A stretch of DNA of 32,708 nucleotides, filler included, from Candidatus Woesearchaeota archaeon (GTDB taxonomy: Archaea > Nanobdellota > Nanobdellia > Woesearchaeales > GCA-2687795): the NCBI GenBank assembly GCA_030753365.1. It is 3 parts of 3 records of this genome, joined end to end, with 100 filler letters (N's around TTAATTAATTAA, not from the genome) between each part and the next. Parts side by side here need not be neighbours in the genome. Positions count along the whole stretch, not along the records: positions 1 to 13,697 come from JASMCJ010000074.1; 2 more parts are not named here. The stretch is one strand, 5' to 3'. Positions 1 through 9,319 of the stretch are shown one piece after another (positions within the stretch are counted from its first letter, which is position 1; each line of letters opens with the position of its first letter). Position numbers and translations under genes: made by a program. The notes beneath the pieces are model-generated. The model did no database searches. It worked only from the letters and a program-made list of their open reading frames with translations, and was not told the origin of the DNA.

Positions 1-1
1 A

Positions 2-376
2 GACCTTAGTTTAGAGAAAATCAATGAAATTAAAACAAAGAAAAGTAAAGCTCTTGATATTAACCTTAAGAGAGCTTTCAAGGAGGATAACACTGAGAAA
101 TGGAACATTTATTTCAACAGCTCTAATGTTGGCTTCCTTAACATTAGGTATGGCGAGAAGGTTGAGATTGATCTTGTTGCTGATGAAAGTTTCAGGTTTT
201 TAGAGAAACAACTGCTTGAAGAGCTTAACACTGTTCTTGGCCTCACAAAGATAAGTAGAGAGATCTTGTTTAACAATTATTATTTTGCTCATCATTCTCA
301 TAAGAAACTCAAGAGCAAAAAGCCAAGAAAATTAGTTCTGGGAAATATTGAGATTGGCATGGGATTTAGGGAATAG
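2..376 (+). CDS. 3' part of a hypothetical protein (truncated by window start)
   Basis: Open frame from position 2 (DLSLEKINEIK...) to TAG at 374-376; absent from the ORF track; no family recognised. Confidence 0.7.
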   Translation, partial: DLSLEKINEIKTKKSKALDINLKRAFKEDNTEKWNIYFNSSNVGFLNIRYGEKVEIDLVADESFRFLEKQLLEELNTVLGLTKISREILFNNYYFAHHSHKKLKSKKPRKLVLGNIEIGMGFRE

Positions 377-378
377 AA

Positions 379-816
379 TTATTTTTCTTCAGGTATAATT
401 ATCCAGCATATAATATAAGCAAGAATTCCTGAACCTCCTACAAAAGTAAACAAAACCCATGCTAGCCTTATCAATGTTGGATCAATCCCAAAATATTCTC
501 CTATACCGCCGCACACTCCTCCTAATACTCTATTACTTCTGCTTCTGTAAAGCCGTTTAGTTCCTTTGCCGAATTTCTTCTTTTTAAATGATTTATAGTT
601 TTTATTCACTTTCACAAATAATAGATATATTAATGCTCCTATAAAATTAATGAATATAATAATCAACACCCATATAAGCTTATCGGTAGTATCCAGTTCT
701 GATTTAATACAATCTATCAACATCCAAAGCCAGAATAAGAAAAAGAATAACATCAATGGCAGCATGAACATAGCAAGTCCAACTGTTAAAATCGGTGCAA
801 AGGCTATCCTGAACAT
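379..816 (-). CDS. PspC-domain membrane protein with N-terminal PLDc_N-like hairpin
   Basis: C-terminal KRLYRSRSNRVLGGVCGGIGEYFGIDPTLIRL...LAYIICWIIIPEE is the PspC signature; N-terminal W-M-L-I-D...DKLIWVLIIIF..FIGALIYL resembles PLDc_N. Confidence 0.88.
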   Translation of the reverse strand: MFRIAFAPILTVGLAMFMLPLMLFFFLFWLWMLIDCIKSELDTTDKLIWVLIIIFINFIGALIYLLFVKVNKNYKSFKKKKFGKGTKRLYRSRSNRVLGGVCGGIGEYFGIDPTLIRLAWVLFTFVGGSGILAYIICWIIIPEEK

Positions 817-817
817 T

Positions 818-955
818 TTAAATCATCCCTTCTCCTTCTGTTTCTTCTCTTAAAGTGCAAATCTTCTTTAAATCCCAGTATACATTGCATTCCTTGCCAA
901 ATTTGTTCCATTTCCAGCAGCCCATGCAGCATGGACTTTCAACCTCTTTTTCCAT
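818..955 (-). CDS. 45-aa cysteine-rich microprotein, probably co-transcribed with the PspC gene
   Basis: MEKEVESPCCMGCWKWNKFGKECNVYWDLKKICTLREETEGEGMI*; its stop (818-820) lies 1 nt from the PspC ATG. Confidence 0.65.
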   Translation of the reverse strand: MEKEVESPCCMGCWKWNKFGKECNVYWDLKKICTLREETEGEGMI

Positions 956-1078
956 TTTATATTAATCATAATAACAAAAAAATATAAAGCTTTTGTTTTT
1001 ATATACTCTTATGTTGTTTAACAAAGGCAAACTTATACCATAAAAGCAATGATAATAGTATATCAAGAAGTAAGATTG

Positions 1079-1483
1079 TTAGGCTCTTTTAAAGCAATGA
1101 TAATCAAAGCCTGGATGATTACGTTCAATAGATTTTCCATTTTCATATTCTCCTACAACTACAATACGGGCACTATCTACTAATGTTATAATTGACTTAT
1201 CAAAACATTTTGTGTCCAATAATTCACTGATTGGTAGACCAAGCTTGGTTTGGTCTGGATAGAATGAGCCATACATATTCAGGCAGTCTTTTAATGTCTT
1301 AACATAGAACTTCTTTATAGACTCTGAGCTTATTGAAGGTAGTATCTTCTCAACTATATAACTTCCACCACCTTTTAGCTTATAATCAGAGTCTCCTTTC
1401 TGATATATTAATTCATGCCCTTTTCTAAGTTTTAATGCTTCTGCTAATGTTAACTCTGTTAGGCTTCTCATAGGTATATTCAT
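1079..1483 (-). CDS. hypothetical protein
   Basis: 134-aa ORF filling an otherwise empty interval; no motif recognised. Confidence 0.55.
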   Translation of the reverse strand: MNIPMRSLTELTLAEALKLRKGHELIYQKGDSDYKLKGGGSYIVEKILPSISSESIKKFYVKTLKDCLNMYGSFYPDQTKLGLPISELLDTKCFDKSIITLVDSARIVVVGEYENGKSIERNHPGFDYHCFKRA

Positions 1484-1564
1484 TTTATTTATTTAGAATA
1501 GAGTATCTTTTTTAAATTTACCTCTCAATTAGTAGTAGTTTAGATTATTTTCTTTTTAATTAAC

Positions 1565-1572
1565 TTTATAAA
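1565..1572 (+). promoter_or_regulatory. TATA box of the NFACT-R gene (probably leaderless)
   Basis: TTTATAAA ending 22 nt before ATG 1595. Confidence 0.55.
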
Positions 1573-1594
1573 CAATCTAACCTTATTCTGTTAT

Positions 1595-2395
1595 ATGACT
1601 TCACTAAGCTTAGATTTAAATAAATCCATTGAAAAGAATGCTTCTGTTTACTATGATAAGGCAAAGAAGTTTAAGAAGAAGCTGGCTGGAGCAGAGGAAG
1701 CTCTTAAGAAAACAAAAAGTAAGCTGACCAAGCTTGAAAAACAGAAGAAGTTTGCTGATAATACTTTCCAACAGCAAAAAGAAGTAAAGTCAAGAGAAAA
1801 GAAATGGTATGAGAAGTTCAGATGGTTTATTTCTTCAGAAGGTTTTCTTGTTATTGGCGGCAGAGATGCAACAACCAATGATATTATAATAAAAAAGCAT
1901 ACAGAACCTGATGATGTTGTGTTCCATACAGAGATGCCAGGTTCTCCTTTCTGTGTTATCAAGACTGAAGGCAAGAAGCCTGGCAAGGCAACTTTAGAGG
2001 AAACTGCCCAGTTCTGCGCTGTTAATTCAAGAGCTTTCAGGAGAGGCCTTTTGACCGCAGAGGTTTATCATATCAATCCAGAACAGGTTTCAAAGGAAGC
2101 TCAGAGCGGTGAATATCTAAGTAAAGGTTCTTTTATGATTTATGGTAAAAAGAATTATATTACTGCAGAAGTCAAAACTTTTATTGGAATTCTTGAAGAT
2201 GGCAGTGTTATGTCTGCTTCAGAATCAGCTATGAAGAAACATTGCAAAGCTTATCTTGGCATTGTGGCAGGCAACTCAAAGAAGAGCGAGGTTGCCAAGA
2301 AGCTCCAGAAGTTCTTTATAGAAAAAACAAAGCTCAAAGCAGTCCTTGATGAGATCATGCAGGCATTACCTCCTGGTGATTGCAGGGTTGTTTAA
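1595..2395 (+). CDS. C-terminal half of Rqc2/RqcH (NFACT) protein: second coiled coil plus NFACT-R (DUF814) domain
   Basis: LDLNKSIEKNASVYYDKAKK, WYEKFRWFISSEGFLVIGGRDATTND, FHTEMPGSP, GEYLSKGSFMIYGKKN and terminal DEIMQALPPG are archaeal NFACT C-terminal motifs. Confidence 0.88.
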   Translation: MTSLSLDLNKSIEKNASVYYDKAKKFKKKLAGAEEALKKTKSKLTKLEKQKKFADNTFQQQKEVKSREKKWYEKFRWFISSEGFLVIGGRDATTNDIIIKKHTEPDDVVFHTEMPGSPFCVIKTEGKKPGKATLEETAQFCAVNSRAFRRGLLTAEVYHINPEQVSKEAQSGEYLSKGSFMIYGKKNYITAEVKTFIGILEDGSVMSASESAMKKHCKAYLGIVAGNSKKSEVAKKLQKFFIEKTKLKAVLDEIMQALPPGDCRVV

Positions 2396-2409
2396 CAAAA
2401 CCTTTTTAT
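2396..2409 (+). promoter_or_regulatory. putative archaeal BRE/TATA promoter of the MEP operon
   Basis: CAAAACCTTTTTAT ending 24 nt before the ispG ATG; nearly identical to CAAAACCTTTATAAA upstream of the thermosome gene. Confidence 0.5.
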
Positions 2410-2433
2410 CCTTCTTTAGACTTCTTCTTTTAA

Positions 2434-3471
2434 ATGAGGCATAATACCAGGAAAGTAAAAGTTGGAAAGATATTCATTGGAAGCAACTCTCCTATTTCTA
2501 TCCAGTCAATGTGCAACACTAAGACTTCTGATATTAAAGCTACATTAAACCAAATCAATGAATTAAAAGAGGCTGGCTGTGAAATCATTAGAGTAGCAGT
2601 TCCGGATAAAGAAAGCGTAGAAGCATTAAGAACAATAAAAGAAAACATCACTCTTCCTTTAGTTGCAGACATTCATTTTGACCATAACCTAGCGATTGCT
2701 TCATTAAAGTATGCTGACAAGATTAGAATCAACCCAGGAAATATAGGAAGCATGGATAAAGTAAAAGAAATAATTGAAGCAGCAAAGGAATATCAAAAGT
2801 CTATAAGAATCGGTATCAACTCAGGCTCTTTAGAACAGGATTTAATAAATAAATATGGTGTAAACGAGCTTTCAATGGTTGAATCCTGTTTAAGATACAT
2901 TAAATTCTTTGAAGCTAACGATTTCTATAATATTATTCTTTCATTAAAATCATCTGATGTTACAACAACAATAAAAGCATATCAATTAATCTCAGAAAAG
3001 ACAGATTATCCTTTACATTTAGGTGTTACTGAAGCAGGCACTAGGTTTAGCGGAACTATCAAGTCTTCAGTAGGTATAGGCTCTTTGCTGAGTCAAGGCA
3101 TTGGCGATACTATCAGGGTTTCTTTGACTGATAATCCAGTTGAAGAAGTCAAAGCAGGCTTTGAAATATTAAAATCATTAAATTTAAGAAAGTTTGGCAG
3201 AGAAATCATCAGCTGCCCTACTTGTGGAAGAACTAAAGTAAATCTTATAGAAATTGCGAAAGAAATAGAAGAAAAAACTGAACATATTAAGAAGCCTATT
3301 AAGATTGCTGTGATGGGCTGCGCTGTTAACGGCCCAGGAGAAGCAAGGGAAGCCGATGTTGGCGTTGCTATGGGAGAAAAATCTTTAATTTTCAGCAAAG
3401 GTAAGATTATTGCAAAGGTTGATAATGATGATATTATTCTTGTTTTATTAGAAGAAATAGAAAAGTTATAA
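2434..3471 (+). CDS. ispG: (E)-4-hydroxy-3-methylbut-2-enyl diphosphate synthase
   Basis: IQSMCNT, PLVADIHF, RINPGNIG, RIGINSGSL, HLGVTEAG, GDTIRVSL and Fe-S ligand motifs CPTCGR and MGCAVNGPGEA. Confidence 0.97.
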   Translation: MRHNTRKVKVGKIFIGSNSPISIQSMCNTKTSDIKATLNQINELKEAGCEIIRVAVPDKESVEALRTIKENITLPLVADIHFDHNLAIASLKYADKIRINPGNIGSMDKVKEIIEAAKEYQKSIRIGINSGSLEQDLINKYGVNELSMVESCLRYIKFFEANDFYNIILSLKSSDVTTTIKAYQLISEKTDYPLHLGVTEAGTRFSGTIKSSVGIGSLLSQGIGDTIRVSLTDNPVEEVKAGFEILKSLNLRKFGREIISCPTCGRTKVNLIEIAKEIEEKTEHIKKPIKIAVMGCAVNGPGEAREADVGVAMGEKSLIFSKGKIIAKVDNDDIILVLLEEIEKL

Positions 3472-3472
3472 G

Positions 3473-5323
3473 ATGTACTTAGAGAAAATTGATTCACCTA
3501 AAGATTTGAAGAAGCTTGAGATAGAAAAGCTTCCTGTTCTTGCAGATGAGCTAAGAAAGTTTCTGATAGATAATGTGTCAAAGACTGGCGGCCATTTGGC
3601 ATCAAGCCTTGGCGTTGTGGAGTTGACTATTGCATTGCATTACTGTTTTGACAGCCCTAAGGATAAGATTATTTGGGATGTTGGGCATCAGGCTTATCCT
3701 CATAAGATTCTTACTGGAAGAAGAGACAGGTTTCATACTTTAAGGCAGCATGGAGGGATTAGCGGTTTTCCAAAGATAGATGAGAGTGAGCATGACATTT
3801 TCGGTGTTGGGCATGCAAGCACATCAATCTCTGCTGCTCTTGGGATAGCAAAGGCAAGGGATATTAAGAAAGAAAAGTTTGATGTTGTTTCAGTTATTGG
3901 CGACGGGGCAATGACCGGTGGCATTGCATTGGAAGCTATTAACCAGGCAGGCTACCTTGGCAGCCCTTTTATCTTAATCCTGAATGATAATCGGATGTCA
4001 ATTGCTGCTAATGTTGGAGCGTTGTCTGAATACACTCATAGGATAGCTAAGACTAAGGTGTATAAGGATGTAAAACAGGATATTGATACTATTATTAATA
4101 AGGCTTCAGGTGATATGAAAGGTATTACAGAAAAGCTCAAGGCGCACTTAAAAGAGGTTGGCGCTCCGGGATTATTGTTTGAGAAGCTTGGGTTTAATTA
4201 TATTGGGCCTGTTGACGGGCATGATATTAATAAGTTACTTGAAAGCTTGGAGAATGCAAAACAGATTGAAGGCCCTGTGCTTTTGCATATAATTACAAAG
4301 AAGGGCAAAGGCTATGAATTTTCAGAGAATGATGCAACCAAGTTTCATGGTTTAAGCGCTTTTAATGCAGAGAACGGAAAGGCTCTAAAAAAGAAAACTG
4401 ACAAAAGTTACACAGAAGTGTTTGCAGACACTTTGGTAAGGCTTGCTGATGAAAATGAAAATATTGTTGGGATTACTGCTGCAATGCCTCATGGCACTGG
4501 GTTGATTAAGTTTGCAGAGAAGTATCCTGACAGGTTTTATGATGTTGGCATTGCAGAGCAGCATGCTGTCACTTTTGCCGCAGGCCTGGCAGTTTCAGGT
4601 TTGAAGCCTGTTGTGGCAGTTTATTCAACTTTCCTCCAGCGCGCTTATGACCAGATTGTTCATGATGTTTGCCTGCAGAATCTTCCTATTGTGTTTGCGC
4701 TTGACAGGGCTGGCCTGGTTGGCGAGGATGGGCCAACGCATCATGGCGTGTTGGATCTTACTTACCTTAGAAGTATCCCTAATATGATTGTTATGGCTCC
4801 TAAGGACGAAAATGAGCTTCAACATATGTTAAAAACAGCAATTGACTATAACGGCCCGATTGCAATAAGATATCCTAGAGGAAGCGGATTTGGCATACCA
4901 TTGGATAATAAGCTCCAAAACATAGAAATCGGAAAGAGCGAAACAATAAAGAATGGTAGTGATTTGGTTATAGTTGCAGTTGGCAGTATGGTTTATGAAT
5001 CTTTGGAAGCGGCAAGACTGCTTGAGAAGCAGAATATTGATGCAGCAGTGGTTAATGCAAGGTTTGTTAAGCCTGTTGATAAAGAGATACTAAAAATTAT
5101 TAATGATACTGGTGGGGCAGTGATTGTTGAAGAGAATGCTGTTAAAGGAGGTTTTGGAAGCGCAGTGCTTGAAGAGCTTCATAAAGAAAAGATTGATGCA
5201 CAGGTAACTCAGATAGGCATCCCTGATAAGTTTATAGAACATGGCAGTCAGAAGATTCTTAGAGAGAAGTATGGGTTGACAAGGGATAATATTGTTTTAA
5301 AGTCAAAAGAGTTATTGGAATGA
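3473..5323 (+). CDS. dxs: 1-deoxy-D-xylulose-5-phosphate synthase
   Basis: GGHLASSLG, WDVGHQAYPHK, TPP motif GDGAMTGG...NDN, GIAEQHA, YSTFLQRAYDQ, DGPTHHG. Confidence 0.97.
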   Translation: MYLEKIDSPKDLKKLEIEKLPVLADELRKFLIDNVSKTGGHLASSLGVVELTIALHYCFDSPKDKIIWDVGHQAYPHKILTGRRDRFHTLRQHGGISGFPKIDESEHDIFGVGHASTSISAALGIAKARDIKKEKFDVVSVIGDGAMTGGIALEAINQAGYLGSPFILILNDNRMSIAANVGALSEYTHRIAKTKVYKDVKQDIDTIINKASGDMKGITEKLKAHLKEVGAPGLLFEKLGFNYIGPVDGHDINKLLESLENAKQIEGPVLLHIITKKGKGYEFSENDATKFHGLSAFNAENGKALKKKTDKSYTEVFADTLVRLADENENIVGITAAMPHGTGLIKFAEKYPDRFYDVGIAEQHAVTFAAGLAVSGLKPVVAVYSTFLQRAYDQIVHDVCLQNLPIVFALDRAGLVGEDGPTHHGVLDLTYLRSIPNMIVMAPKDENELQHMLKTAIDYNGPIAIRYPRGSGFGIPLDNKLQNIEIGKSETIKNGSDLVIVAVGSMVYESLEAARLLEKQNIDAAVVNARFVKPVDKEILKIINDTGGAVIVEENAVKGGFGSAVLEELHKEKIDAQVTQIGIPDKFIEHGSQKILREKYGLTRDNIVLKSKELLE

Positions 5324-6459
5324 AAAATATATCAATTTTAGGCTCAACTGGAAGCATTGGAACTCAAACATTAGATGTTATTAGAAATAATAAAGACAGA
5401 TTTAACGTGGTAGGCCTTGCAGTTAATAGCAGTATAGAAGTTCTCAAACAGCAAATTGACGAATTCAATCCAATAGCTGTTTCTGTTTATGATGAAAAGA
5501 AAGCAGAAGAGCTAAAAAAGCAGGTTGATATAGAAATTCTTTCTGGCAAAGAAGGGCTTAACAAGATGGCAACTTTAGAAGAAGCTGATACTGTTATTAC
5601 AAGTGTTGTTGGCTCTATTGGAGTTATTCCAACATTGAAAGCAATACAGGCAAAGAAGAATATAGCATTGGCAAATAAGGAGACATTGGTGACTGCAGGA
5701 GATATTATAATGAAAGAAGTAAAGAAAAATAATGTTAATCTAATGCCAATTGATTCTGAGCATTCTGCTTTATTCCAATGCCTTAATGGAGAAAAGAAAG
5801 AAGACATTAACAGATTAATCATCACATGTTCAGGAGGCTCATTCAGAGGCAGAACAAAGGAAGAGCTGAAAGATGTTACAGTGAAAGAAGCATTGAACCA
5901 TCCAACATGGAACATGGGCGGCAAGATTACTATTGATTCTGCAACCTTAATGAACAAAGGCTTTGAGGTAATAGAAGCTCATCACTTATACAACATTCCT
6001 TATGAGAATATTGATGTTATTATCCATCCTCAGTCTATTATCCATTCAATGATTGAATATGTAGATGGCTCAATAATGTCCCAGTTGGGCATACATGACA
6101 TGAGGCTGCCAATTCAGTATGCTTTGAGTTATCCTAAAAGAATTCCTAACAAATTGCCAAAGCTTTGCTTTGAAGAATACAATTCATTTACATTTAGTAT
6201 TCCAGATATTGAAACCTTTCCCTGCTTAAGATATGCTTATGATGCTGGTAAGATTGGAGGAACTATGCCTTCTGTTATAAATGCAGCTAATGAGGTTGCT
6301 GTCAGAGAATTTCTTAAAGGAAGAATTAGATTCTTACAAATACCTGAAACTATCAGGAAAGCAATGGATACCCATAATTTAATAAAAAATCCAGATATTG
6401 ACGATATTATGAAAGCTGACGAATGGGCTAGAGAGTTTACTGAGGAAGAATTGAGATGA
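5320..6459 (+). CDS. dxr: 1-deoxy-D-xylulose-5-phosphate reductoisomerase
   Basis: GSTGSIG, LANKE, PIDSEH, HPTWNMGGKITIDSATLMNKGFEVIEA, HPQSIIHS, NAANE. Confidence 0.97.
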   Translation: MKNISILGSTGSIGTQTLDVIRNNKDRFNVVGLAVNSSIEVLKQQIDEFNPIAVSVYDEKKAEELKKQVDIEILSGKEGLNKMATLEEADTVITSVVGSIGVIPTLKAIQAKKNIALANKETLVTAGDIIMKEVKKNNVNLMPIDSEHSALFQCLNGEKKEDINRLIITCSGGSFRGRTKEELKDVTVKEALNHPTWNMGGKITIDSATLMNKGFEVIEAHHLYNIPYENIDVIIHPQSIIHSMIEYVDGSIMSQLGIHDMRLPIQYALSYPKRIPNKLPKLCFEEYNSFTFSIPDIETFPCLRYAYDAGKIGGTMPSVINAANEVAVREFLKGRIRFLQIPETIRKAMDTHNLIKNPDIDDIMKADEWAREFTEEELR

Positions 6460-7145
6460 ATATTGCAATTATCTGCGCAGCTGGGAAAGGGAAGAGGATG
6501 AATTCTGATATTAACAAAGTGTTCCTCCTAATAAAGGATAAGCCTATCATCTGGCATACTATCAACACATTCCAGAAAAATGATGCTATTGCCAAAATTA
6601 TTATTGTAACATCAGCAGATGACATAGAGAAGATGAAAGCTATATCAAAAGATTTCATCAAAGTAATCAGCATACTAGAAGGTGGAAAGGAACGCCAGGA
6701 TTCTGTTTATAATGGAATAAAAGAGGCTTCAAAACATTGTGACAATGATGATATTGTTTTAATTCATAACGGCGCTAATCCTTTGGTTAGCCAGGAGACA
6801 ATTAACAAGACTATTGAAGCTGCAAATGAATATGGAGCTTCCGTTGCAGCCATGAAAGTAAAGGATACAATAAAATCATCAACCAAAAATGATTTTGTAA
6901 AAAAGACTCTTGACAGAAACAAGCTTTGGGCTATGCAAACACCACAAGTGATCAGGTTTGGATTAGCAAAGCAGGCTTTTGATAAAGCTTTTGCTGATAA
7001 CTACTATTCTACTGATGATGTTGCGTTGGTTGAGTATATTGGAGAGAAAGTTAAGATTGTTGAATCTAATCCAGAAAATATTAAGATTACAACGCCTAAT
7101 GATATTGTTCTAGCAGAGAATATTTTGGAGAATAAGAATGATTAA
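6456..7145 (+). CDS. ispD: 2-C-methyl-D-erythritol 4-phosphate cytidylyltransferase
   Basis: AAGKGKRM..NK, GGKERQDSV, QTPQ, TDD, NIKITTPND; position in operon; HDxARP motif reads HNGANP. Confidence 0.92.
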   Translation: MNIAIICAAGKGKRMNSDINKVFLLIKDKPIIWHTINTFQKNDAIAKIIIVTSADDIEKMKAISKDFIKVISILEGGKERQDSVYNGIKEASKHCDNDDIVLIHNGANPLVSQETINKTIEAANEYGASVAAMKVKDTIKSSTKNDFVKKTLDRNKLWAMQTPQVIRFGLAKQAFDKAFADNYYSTDDVALVEYIGEKVKIVESNPENIKITTPNDIVLAENILENKND

Positions 7146-7614
7146 GGTTGGAATAGGAAAAGATTCACATAAATTCGGAAGCAATAAACCTCTTATACTT
7201 GGCGGTATAGAAATTCCTTCAGAACAGGGCTTTGAATCACATTCAGATGGTGATGTTGTGCTGCATGCCTTATTTAATGCTATTTCATCAGCGTTAGGTG
7301 GTGGAAGTATAGGCTATTATTACCCTAATGATGATTCTTCTAATTATAATAAGGTTAGTAAAGAATTCTTTGAGAAAATATATGAACTGCTGAAGCAAAA
7401 TAATTACAAAGTTTGCAACATTTCAATCACAATAGAAGCTAAACAGCCAAAGCTTGAGCCTCATTTCCCAGCTATGAGGAAATCAATCGCAGACATTTGC
7501 GAAACTGATATAAACTCTGTTGGTATCACTGCAACAACTGGTGAAGGTTTGACCGCTTTTGGGAAAGGAGAAGGGATACAGGTAATAGCAATGGTGAGTT
7601 TAATACAATGTTGA
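7138..7614 (+). CDS. ispF: 2-C-methyl-D-erythritol 2,4-cyclodiphosphate synthase
   Basis: GIGKDSH, LILGG, HSDGDVVLHA, ATTGEGL..GKGEGI. Confidence 0.95.
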   Translation: MIKVGIGKDSHKFGSNKPLILGGIEIPSEQGFESHSDGDVVLHALFNAISSALGGGSIGYYYPNDDSSNYNKVSKEFFEKIYELLKQNNYKVCNISITIEAKQPKLEPHFPAMRKSIADICETDINSVGITATTGEGLTAFGKGEGIQVIAMVSLIQC

Positions 7615-8453
7615 CAGAAAAATCCTATGCACGTATAACTTTAGCTCTAGACATTCTAAAGAAACTGAAAGGTGGAGATTTAGAGGGCTATCATAAGCTT
7701 AACATCATAAAGCATCAGATTAATCTCTATGATATAGTCAGTGTAGAAGAAGCTAATAAGACTGAAATAATCTGCAATAATCCTCATGTTCCAAAGGATA
7801 ACACAAATCTCTGCTGGAAGGTTGTTGACTTGTTGAAGCAGGAATGTAAGATAAACAAGAGCATAAAGCTAACCATTGAAAAGAACATTCCAATACAAGG
7901 TGGCCTTGCAGGCGGCTCTTCGAATGCAGCAATAACTTTAATATTGCTTAATAAACTATGGAACCTCAACTTATCAGAACAGCAGTTAATACAATCTGCA
8001 AGAAAAGTTAGCATGGATGCTCCTTATTACATTATAGGTAATACTGCTTTTGACACTGAAATATCAACATTAGAAAAAATGAATACTAATCTAAACCTTA
8101 ATTTCATTATAATCCTACCAGAATTTGGCGTTTCAACAACTAACGCATATAAGAATATAGATTATAATTATATTGCAAAATTCAATCATAAGACTAAGAC
8201 AATGAGAGAAGCAATACAAAACAATACCAAAGAAGAGGTTATTAAGAATATGCATAATGATTTTGAGTTAAGTGTTTTCTCAAAATATCCTGAACTAAAA
8301 AAAATAAAGAATGATTTAATTCATTCAGGCTGCCTTAATGCAGTTATGAGCGGCTCAGGCTCTGCAATGATAGGAATTGCAGAGAGTAAAGAACATGCAT
8401 TAGAAATTAAACAGAAGTTACCTTATAACTCTATTATTACATCCTCAAAATGA
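7608..8453 (+). CDS. ispE: 4-diphosphocytidyl-2-C-methyl-D-erythritol kinase (GHMP kinase)
   Basis: GYH, NL, KNIPIQGGLAGGSSNAA, VSTT.AY, NDFE, MSGSGS; position in operon. Confidence 0.93.
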   Translation: MLTEKSYARITLALDILKKLKGGDLEGYHKLNIIKHQINLYDIVSVEEANKTEIICNNPHVPKDNTNLCWKVVDLLKQECKINKSIKLTIEKNIPIQGGLAGGSSNAAITLILLNKLWNLNLSEQQLIQSARKVSMDAPYYIIGNTAFDTEISTLEKMNTNLNLNFIIILPEFGVSTTNAYKNIDYNYIAKFNHKTKTMREAIQNNTKEEVIKNMHNDFELSVFSKYPELKKIKNDLIHSGCLNAVMSGSGSAMIGIAESKEHALEIKQKLPYNSIITSSK

Positions 8454-9262
8454 ACCTTACAAAAGCAAAATACTCAGGCTTCTGCTTTGGAGTGAAGAAA
8501 GCACTGGATATTGTAGATAACCTTAAAGGAGATAATGCCTATATCTTAGGTGAACTTATCCACAATCCTCAGGTTATAGAAAAGCTAAAGGAAAGAGGAA
8601 TCCAAATACTAGAAGATATTAATGATATAACTAAAGGGACTATTGTGATTTCTGCTCATGGCATGCCTGATTCTGCTATAAAACAATGCAAAGGATTGAA
8701 TGTTATTGATGCTACCTGTCCTTTGGTTAAAAAGGTTCATATGATTTCAAAAGAGTTTGAAACAGAAGGTTTTACTACTTTAATCTTTGGCGATAAGCAT
8801 CATCAGGAGGTTAAAGGAACTGCTGGCAACCTTAAAGATTGTTTGATTGCTTCAAATATTGAAGAACTAAAAGCTCTTGACCTGAACAGAAAGATTGGCA
8901 TAGTTTCCCAGACTACACAGGAAGTTGAGAAGTTTAACAAGATAGTTGATTATGTTAAAGACAAAGCAAAGGAAACAAAGGTCTATAACACTATCTGCTC
9001 TGCAACAAGACAGAGGCAGGAAGCTGCAGCAGAGCTTGCTAAAACAATGGATTTAGTTATAGTTATTGGTGGCTATAATAGCGCAAATACAGTAAAGCTA
9101 AAGGACATTTGCTCAGAAATCACTGAAACAAAGCATATTGAGTCAACTAATGAATTGAAAGAAGAATGGTTCAAAGGTAAGCAAAACATAGGTATCACTG
9201 CTGGAGCTTCTACTCCTGAATGGGTTATTGAAGAGGTTGTTGAGAAAATAAGCTCATTCTAG
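8450..9262 (+). CDS. ispH: 4-hydroxy-3-methylbut-2-enyl diphosphate reductase
   Basis: GFCFGV, IHN, SAHG, DATCPLV, SQTT, NTICSAT..RQ, SANT, GITAGASTP; all three Fe-S cysteines present. Confidence 0.96.
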   Translation: MNLTKAKYSGFCFGVKKALDIVDNLKGDNAYILGELIHNPQVIEKLKERGIQILEDINDITKGTIVISAHGMPDSAIKQCKGLNVIDATCPLVKKVHMISKEFETEGFTTLIFGDKHHQEVKGTAGNLKDCLIASNIEELKALDLNRKIGIVSQTTQEVEKFNKIVDYVKDKAKETKVYNTICSATRQRQEAAAELAKTMDLVIVIGGYNSANTVKLKDICSEITETKHIESTNELKEEWFKGKQNIGITAGASTPEWVIEEVVEKISSF

Positions 9263-9277
9263 CAAAACCTTTATAAA
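9263..9277 (+). promoter_or_regulatory. archaeal BRE/TATA promoter of the thermosome gene
   Basis: CAAAACC-TTTATAAA, followed by a GGGGG ribosome-binding-like run at 9306-9310 before ATG 9320. Confidence 0.65.
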
Positions 9278-9319
9278 GCGAATTTAATTCGTCATATATA
9301 CTATAGGGGGAATTACAAA

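Noticed and set aside
2434..9262. MEP block as bacterial contamination
   Set aside because: It is gap-free with archaeal genes on both sides, has short natural-looking junctions and an archaeal-type promoter; only read mapping can fully exclude a chimera
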